This document shows, one piece after another, positions 42,701-51,700 of a stretch of DNA of 64,000 nucleotides. This DNA is from an uncultured Pseudomonadales bacterium (lineage in GTDB: Bacteria > Patescibacteriota > Microgenomatia > UBA1400 > PJMF01): positions 57,718-121,717 of the forward strand of contig CAYOQI010000004.1 of the NCBI GenBank assembly GCA_964406075.1. Reading direction: 5' to 3'. Position numbers and translations under genes: made by a program. The notes beneath the pieces were generated by a model, which saw only the letters and a program-made list of their open reading frames with translations, did not search any database and had not been told where the DNA came from. Position 1 is the stretch's first letter. Every line of letters begins with the position of its first letter.

Positions 42701-45700
42701 ACAATGAACTCGGAGCCACAGATAGAAGTGTTATCTTTAACGTCTCGGGATCGCAGTCAGAAGATATTGTCTACACTCTTCCTCCTGATAATGGAGCTGC
42801 TGACAACTATGTTCTTACCACTGATGGGTCAGGTGTGTTGCAGTGGGAATCAGTTTCCGGAGCTGGTGGCGGAACAGGTGATGTTACCGATATCGTTGCT
42901 GGCAACTACATTGATGTTCAAAATGCTGGTGGCCCAAGCCCAACCGTGGACTTTGATCCAACTGAACTTGAAAGTGTGACCTGGGGAGCACAAACTGGTG
43001 CTTCATTTACCTGGACGTTTAATGCTTCATCTGGCACTGATACCAGTATCGCCTTTGCGGATGGCAGTATCTCCCCCACACTCGCTGCAACTGGACTATT
43101 CAATGTCTTAACTGGAAATTTGAAGGTCGGAAATGGAACACCTGGACTTTCGCTCGATGGTGAAGATGCATATATTGAAGGCACTTTTGAAGTGGACGGC
43201 GCATCTCAATTTGATGGTGCTTTGACAACTAATGGAACGTTAACCGCAAACGGCCAGTTCACACTCGGAGATAATGGTGATACTGGGGCTATTAATACCT
43301 CAGATTGGGATATTTCTACTACTGGTAGTCTCACAGGAATTTCTGGAATTGCGAATGACGGAAGCTATACCCAAACCGGATCAAGTGCAAATGCATTTAC
43401 AGGTGTAACAACATTTAACACTGATGTTGATTTCACCTTCGCTGATACTGAAAATATTGCCATTACTAATACCGTAACAGGCACAAACGGTCTCGATCTT
43501 ATTTCTGCTATTATCACAAATCAAACTTCCTCTGGAACTCAAAGAGGTATTGTTATTTCTAATGCGAACGATGCTGCCAACGCCTCAACTGAGTCATTAA
43601 TCTTCTTAGACAATGCCGAAACTACCGCTTCTACCCTTACAGACGCAATACTCATTACTTCATCTGGTGCTGATGGTGGCATTGTCGATGCCATTGATGT
43701 TTCAGCTGGCAACATCACCAATGCGCTCAATGTCGGTGGGAATAATATCATCGGAACAACAGCAGTCATAAACTTTGATAACTTTGACATTGATGGTTCA
43801 GGAAACCTCGTAACTGCTGGAACATTAACAGCTGCCACGAATGAAACAATTAATGGGGTTGATATCAATGCTGGAACTGTTTCAGATGTGGTGAATTTAA
43901 CAATCAATTCTGGTGGTGACTTAACTATTGGTTCAATCGGTCTCAATGATGTCGGATCAGACAACATCACCTCTGGGGCTTCCCTAGTTGGCATGTTTGA
44001 TGAGTTTGATAACTCTGCGTCCACCACAGTTCAAGATGTTATTGATGACATTGATGCAGCTATCGGGAATCGAACCTACACTGCTGATAACTATGTGACT
44101 GACGGTCAGAGTTTAACCGCTTCGATTGATGCCCTTGATGTTGCTCTTGCTGCTGTCTCCGGTGGTGCGTACACGGGCTGGGATTTAGATGGTGATTCCG
44201 GAACCGCCGAAACCATTGCTAATGGCAATACGGTCAATATCCTCGGTGGCACCAATGGAATTGATACCGTCGTAAGTGCGACTGATACTTTAACTATTAA
44301 TTTAGATACTACGGAAATTGGTACAAGCACTTTTGGATCTGGATCAGGTTTTACTTGGACTTTTGACGCCGGTGCTACTGATCCCACACTTGCCTTTGCA
44401 AGTAACGCCATTACTATCGGGGGTGCTGCTACACTCAACTTTGGCGGTACTCTTGACCTCGGAACAAACACTCTCAGTGATGGCAACTTTAATGGTAACT
44501 GGGCATTTAATAGTGGAAATCTCTCCGGGATTGGAACCATCGGTGCTTCTGGTGCGATTACTGCTGCAACCGATGAGACCATTAACGGCGTTGATATTAA
44601 TGCAGGGACTGTTTCTGATGTGGTGAATTTAACAATCAATTCTGGTGGTGACTTAACTATCGGGTCAATCGGACTCAACGATATTGGTTCAGACAACATC
44701 ACTTCCGGTGCTTCTTTAGTTGGAGTCTTCGATGAGTTTACTAATTCAGATGGTCTTAATGTACAAGATGTCCTTGATGACTTTGATGCTGCTATTGGTG
44801 CAGGTTCTAGTAAATGGACAGACTCTGGTACTGTTACCTACTTAACTTCTACTACTGATGACTTAGCCGTGGGAGGATCCACTGTCCTGGCTTCCATGTT
44901 TGGCATTGATGAATCGGCAGGAAATTTCTACTTTGGCTATGACAACTCAGTTTCCCCTACCTTCAACTTTGAAGCCTCTGATGGTGATGCCGGAGAGTTT
45001 GGTTTTAATACCAGTGATTCCTTCTTCTTTAGTAACGCCTTAGTTGGTATTGGAACTGCAAGTCCAAGCGAACAGCTAGAAGTTGGAGGAAATATCGAGC
45101 TAACTGCTGCAGTTCCTCGTCTTGCGTTTGACAATACGAACGGTGATAACGATTGGTATATACAAGCTTCAGCCACTGGCTTTCAGTTTAGAAACTCATC
45201 TGATAACGTCAACTACCTTTTGATCAATCAAACAGGTCTTGTAAGCATTGGTGGAGATGATTCCCCTGATTATCTGCTAGAACTTTATGATGCCACAGCC
45301 ACTCCTACATTTGCCTTATCTGATGATGATGTTACACACGGACTCACAACACTTGCTCAGACAGATGTGTTTTCTCATCTAACATCACTCTCAACCACAG
45401 CCGGAGGTGCAGAACTTACCACAATCAGTGACACAGATGCTCAAGCACTATCGATCCGAGGCGTGATTGGTTCTACTGACCCGACCGATACGACTCCAGC
45501 AGTTAAGCTTGTAGGTGCAAAGAGTAATGGAACAACCGGTATGGCAGATCTTGGTGCAGCAGAAACAGTATTCCAAGTTGCAAACAATGATGACGCTTCA
45601 GCATTAACAATACTTGGGAATGGAAATGTTGGGATCGGTGATACAACGCCAGCTGCACTTCTGACCGTTGGAACATCAGATGCATTACAAATTGATGCTT

Positions 45701-48700
45701 CTGGAAATGTTGTGACGACTGGAACAGTAACTGCAGCTACGAATGAAACAATTAATGGAGTTGATATTTCAGCAGGAACGGTTTCCGATGTGGTGAATTT
45801 AACAATTAACTCAGGTGGTGACTTAACTATTGGTTCAATTGGTTTGAATGATGTTGGAAGTGACAACATCACTTCTGGAGCATCGCTCGTTGGTGTGTTT
45901 GATGAGTTCACCAACTCAAGCGCAACAACAGTTCAAGATGTCTTAGATGATCTCGATGCAGCAATTGGTGCTGGGGCAAGTAAATGGACTGATGGTGGAG
46001 CTATTACCTACTTAACAGCAACAACAGATGACCTCGCTGTCGGTGCTTCCAACACTCTCACTGCTCCTTTCTCTGTCGATGTCTCTGCCAACTTAGTCAG
46101 AATCGGTACTGGTTCAACAGCCAATGCTCAACTTGACATGTATGCTTCAGATGGCGACACAGGAAGTCTTATTTACAATACTTCAGATCAATTTAACTTC
46201 ACCGGTGGTGATGTCTTGATTGGTCAGGCATTAACAGTAACTGGAACAACTACCGCCAATGGTGCCTTTGATGCCAATGGTCAGTTCGATCTTGGAGATG
46301 GTGGCGATGCTGGAACAATTTCTGCAACTACGCTAGACATTGATGCCACAGGTGCTCTTCAAATTAACTCCTCAGGTGGAGCTATTGGGATTGGTAATGA
46401 TGCTGTTGCTCAAGCAATTAACATTGGCACTGGTGCTGCAGCTCGAACCATCACTATGGGAAACAATACCGGTGCTTCAGCGCTCCAACTTACCTCAGGA
46501 ACTGGCGACATTACTTTGACATCAACTGACGATATCTTATTCACTCCTACTGACGATATGCTCGCAACCTTTGCCGCAGGCTCAGCATTTACTATAGATG
46601 CTGCAACCACTGATACGACAGTAACCGGCGGAGTTCTTGCCCTTGATGTCGATGCTGGAAATGCGGCTGTGATTGGAATTGATTTAGATTTTTCTCAATC
46701 AAGTGGAGCAACGACAGGGACAGATGCTATTGGTCAAAACATCGCTGTTTCAGCCAATGATGCAGATGGTGATGTATTTGGACTTTCAATCCGATCAAAT
46801 GCCACAGCCAATGCTGGAGTGGGTTCTTATGAGGCATTAATTCGACTAATTAATGCTGAAGATACCGCCTCGGCTGTAACAGACGCTATTTTAATTGACT
46901 CAACTTCAGGCGTAGACGGTGACATCATTGATGCGATCGATGTTTCTGATGCAAATATCACCAACGCTTTGAATGTTGGCGCCAACAATATTATTGGTAC
47001 TTCAGCTGTTATCAATTTCTCAAGCTTTGATGTAGATGCTTCAGGAAATACGATAATTGGTGGAACACTCGACGTCACTGGAATTTCAACTCTAGTTGGC
47101 AACTTGAACGCAAACGGTGGTCTTGATGTCGATAACGCATTCGTTGTAGCGGATGGTGGAGTGTTAACCACCTCTCAAACTGCTAACTTTGATGGCACAG
47201 CTGACTTTGATGGTGCTGCCGACTTCTCCGCTGGAGTTACAAACTCTGCAGGTGAATTCTTAGTTTCAGGTGGAAACCTCCAGCTCAATGACAATATTAA
47301 TTTGACGGTTGGAACTGGTGATGACTTAACTATCGTTCACAATGGAACCAACACACTTCTCACTTCCGTAACGGGTGACTTAATCTTTGATAATACTTTA
47401 GTAACTGGTTCTACTATCTTTGATCTTGGAACCGATACCTCTGCAACTGACTTCTTAATTCGAAACAATTCTGGAACTCAACTTCTCAGCATGAACGGTG
47501 CTGGTGCATTCCAACTTGGATCAAATGGTCAAGATGGCCAGTTCATTCTCTATAACGAACTGGGTGGAACTGACTACACAAATACAATTAACCCAAGTGG
47601 TTCTCAATCTCAAAATATTACCTATACCCTCCCTCCAGACGACGGCGGACTAAACTACGTTCTTACCTCAGATGGTAGTGGTGTACTCACCTGGCAGTCT
47701 GTCGGTGGAATCGGAGCTGGTGGAGATTTAACTGACATTGTTGCCGGAAACTACATTGATGTCCAAAATGCTACCGGGCCAAGTCCTACAATAGATTTCG
47801 ATCCAACCGAACTCGAAACCGTGACCTGGGGTGCCCAAGCTGGATCTTCCTTTGCTTGGACATTTAACGCGTCAAGTGGCACTGATCCTGTCATGACATT
47901 TGCCGATAATGCCATCACTCTTACAGCTGCTACCACTACTCTCTCTGGAGATCTTGCGATCAATGGTGGAAATGTCACAACCGCGACCACCTTTGACTCA
48001 ACACTGACAGCAACAGGGACACTTACAGCAAATGGAGCCCTTGATGCTAATGGTCAGTTCGATCTTGGAGATGGTGGCGATGCTGGAACAATTTCTGCAA
48101 CTACGCTAGACATTGATGCCACAGGTGCTCTTCAAATTAACTCCTCAGGTGGAGCTATTGGGATTGGTAATGATGCTGTTGCTCAAGCAATTAACATTGG
48201 CACTGGTGCTGCAGCCAGAACAATCACAGTGGGAAACAATACCGGTGCCTCCGCACTCCAACTCACCTCAGGAACCGGAGACATCAACTTGAATTCTGCC
48301 GATGATATTTTCCTGAGTCCAAGTGATGACCTTACGGCCTTCATCACCGCCGTTGGTCAATTTACTATTGATGCGGCAACAATTGATAGTCAGAATACCC
48401 TCGGCGCATTTAGACTTGATATTGATAGCTCTACATCAGGGACTATTGGATTCTTGACCAACTTTAGAGCTATTGATGATGACGCAGCCGACATTCTCTA
48501 CGCCAATCGTACTGATGTCACAATTCAAGATGATACCACTGCTTCTGACACCGTCTATGGAAATTATATTAGTCTCATTCAGAATGACACCACACCAGCA
48601 ACAACATATGGCTTAGCGGTAGTAGCAGAAGATGCTGGTACTTCCCCTGTCTCTACTGGAATCTTAATTGAAAACTTACAAGCAACTGATATTGATCTCA

Positions 48701-51700
48701 CCGATGGTCTGTTGATCAGAGCAACAACAGATGGTTCATTAGTAGATGCTATTGATGCGTCAGATGCAGAAATTACCAATGCCTTAAATATTGGGGCAAA
48801 CACAATCTTAGGAACAACTGGGGTTATCGATTTCACTAACTTTGATGTTGCAGCTACAGGTGCGCTCTCACTCTCTACCGCCGGAAATACCTCAGCCTCC
48901 TTCACCAGAACATCTGCTGGTCAATGGATGGCATTCAACGATGGCACCGATACTTGGGGTATTTACAACACCGCTGGTAGTCCTGAAGCATCGTTGACCG
49001 CAAATACTGGAGCCCTCGCAATGGATACAACCAATGGAACTCTCTATGTCAAAACTGATGATGGCGATAACACAGGGTGGGTAAACCTCGCTTCCGGTGC
49101 TTCTTCACCTTGGACTGATTCAGGGACGACTTCCTACTTAACCGATACTACAGATGAAGTAGTGATTGGTGGAGCTTCCCCACTTTCCAGTGCCAAATTT
49201 TCAATCGATGGAGATGCGGATCAAACTCAACTACTTGTCCAAGGCAATGCAACTCAAACCACAGACCTCGCAATCTTTGAGAACTCAGCGGGAGCAGATC
49301 AATTCAACTTCAGTAATACTGGAAACTTGATTGCAGCTGGAGACATTACTGCCACTGGTGGAACATTCAACGGTGCATCTGGAGAAAGTATTGACCTCGG
49401 AGTCGCAAGCTCAGATGTCCTCACCTTCACGACTGGAGCCTCAACTGAACTACTCCTTTCCACAACTAACTTAACAGCTGGAACAGCTGAAGGAAACTCA
49501 CTTGGATCTGCAACAGTAGAATGGGAACAACTCTTCCTTGGTGATAACAATGGAATTTCCTTTGGTCTCGATCAAGATTGGTCATTTGGTTATGATGAAG
49601 CTACAGATGATCGACTTGAATTAATCACAGCAGGAACGTCTGGAATGTTAATCCAATCCGCAACGGCTACTGGCAACGGATTAGCACTTACTTTTGATTC
49701 ACTCTCAACCGGTGAAGGACTCTACTTGTCTTCTACTTCAACAGCATTAACATCAGGTGGACATCTTGGTCTCTTCGAGTGGAATCCTGGAAGTGCCAGT
49801 TCGACCACCGCAGATCTGTTTAGTATCAATATTGGAAGTAACGCCACTGTGCTGGGAGATATCTTTAATGTTCAAGATAACGGCTCTGATCTTTTCTCCG
49901 TTGGAGAAGCTCAAATTACCTCTGCTCTTCCCCACTCATTTACCGCAGCCGGCGATGTATCAGTGGCCTACGATCTCCAATTTACCAATCAAACTGCTAG
50001 TTATTTGAAAACATACGGCCCACTTCAGATCGAAGCTGGTGAATCGTTTGAATCAAATAACTTAACGATAAAAACATATAACTCAGGTGACGTCGTCATT
50101 GATCTACCAGCCACCGGCCAAATGATCGTACAAGGTGCGTTCTCAATTGGAGATCAGCAAACACTTCCTGCCGGAACCACACCTTCCGTAGCCGGTGGTT
50201 CACACTACATTGGAAACGCGAATGGATTGATCACCAACTTCACCAGTGGAACTGCAGGTCAGATCCTAGTACTTGAGTTCGATGGAACTTCGACTGACCT
50301 CGACTGTAGCACTGCCGGACCGATTCGTTGTGGAAGTACAGATATCACTACCCAACAAGCAGCCGGTGACATCATTACCTTCATTTATGACGGAACAAAC
50401 TGGAACATGATCGAGTATGTAGCACTGGACGCAGACTCTACAGCTGGAGCTGACCTTGCCGAGTACTACCCCGCTTCTGAACACTTAGAGCCAGGTGACA
50501 TCGTCAGTATTGATTCAACTCAGCCAGTGATGGTGGAAAAATCTCACGAGTCTCATCGTCAACGAATAATGGGTATCGTATCAAGTGATCCAGGATTATT
50601 ACTTGGTGAAGAAGCGGATAATTCTTACCCCATCGCCTTGGCAGGGCGTGTGCATGTAAAAATGTCAGAATCATCTGAAGCTATTCAACCCGGCGACTTA
50701 GTTGGAGTTTCTCAGGAAACCGGAAAAGCCAAAAAAGTAAACTCTGGATATACAGTTGGCCGTGCTCTTGAATCATGGGATCCAAACTCTGGCGATCGAG
50801 ATGTGGTGGTATTTGTGAACTTATCATATATTCCCGTAGATTTAGCTTTAAATAATGATGGTCAAGTCAGCTCAAGCTACTCACTTATTACGACGGATTC
50901 TCTTGAGTACGCGATTCGCGATCTGAACAATGGACAGGATATTCAACAAACCTTAGTCTTGGCCGAATCATTGATTGGACGACTGGAAACCGGAAGTATA
51001 GTTACTCGAGAATTACAAGCTCAAAGTATCGAAACTGAAGACTTCCTCACGAATAACGCCACAGTATCTGGACAACTCAATGCCAACTCTGCAGAAATTA
51101 ACTCATTGAGATTTGAAACCGCCACAGTGGCGGGTCAACTTTTCTTATCAGATGGACGAAGTGTCGGCTCATTACTGGATGAAAATGATGCCTACTTAGC
51201 TTCCCTCTCAGCTCAGACCCAACAACTCGCACAATCATTTAGTGAGCAAACTGTCCCAGGCACATCCACAGCCTTTGATGAATTCCTCGCTCAACTGACA
51301 GGTACAGAAGACGCTTCTCTCTCAGCTGCCTTAGCAGCAATTCAGAATCAAGAAGATATTGAACTCGATGCAGAAAGCATGGTCCTGGCACCAGACGCAG
51401 TCTTTGTCAAAGAATACTTGAATGTCACCGGCTTCACTCAATTAACTACGGCCAGCATTTCTCAATCACTTACTGTGGGAGATGGTTTACTCTTAACTCA
51501 AGATACGATCGCCACAGCAGAGGAAACACTCTATATCCAACCAACTGCCGGATCACTGAACTTACTCGCCGGTTTGATGACACTCACTCCAGATGGAAAC
51601 GTCACGATTAACGGTGATCTGACTGTTACTGGAATCGCTTCCATTACTGATGGAGTGAAAACTAGTCAGCTCTCTCCAAATGACTTTACGCAAGATTTGA

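Noticed and set aside
37617-50484. Dozens of minus-strand and off-frame ORFs inside the giant gene, for example 44106..44702 (198 aa), 43539..44027 (162 aa), 45441..45914 (157 aa) and 42650..42979 (+).
   Set aside because: They lie entirely within the uninterrupted 15.4-kb ORF. They have low-complexity, Pro/Ser/Val-rich translations that mirror the repeats on the coding strand, and they recur wherever the sense-strand repeat recurs. They are antisense or off-frame shadows of a compositionally biased gene.
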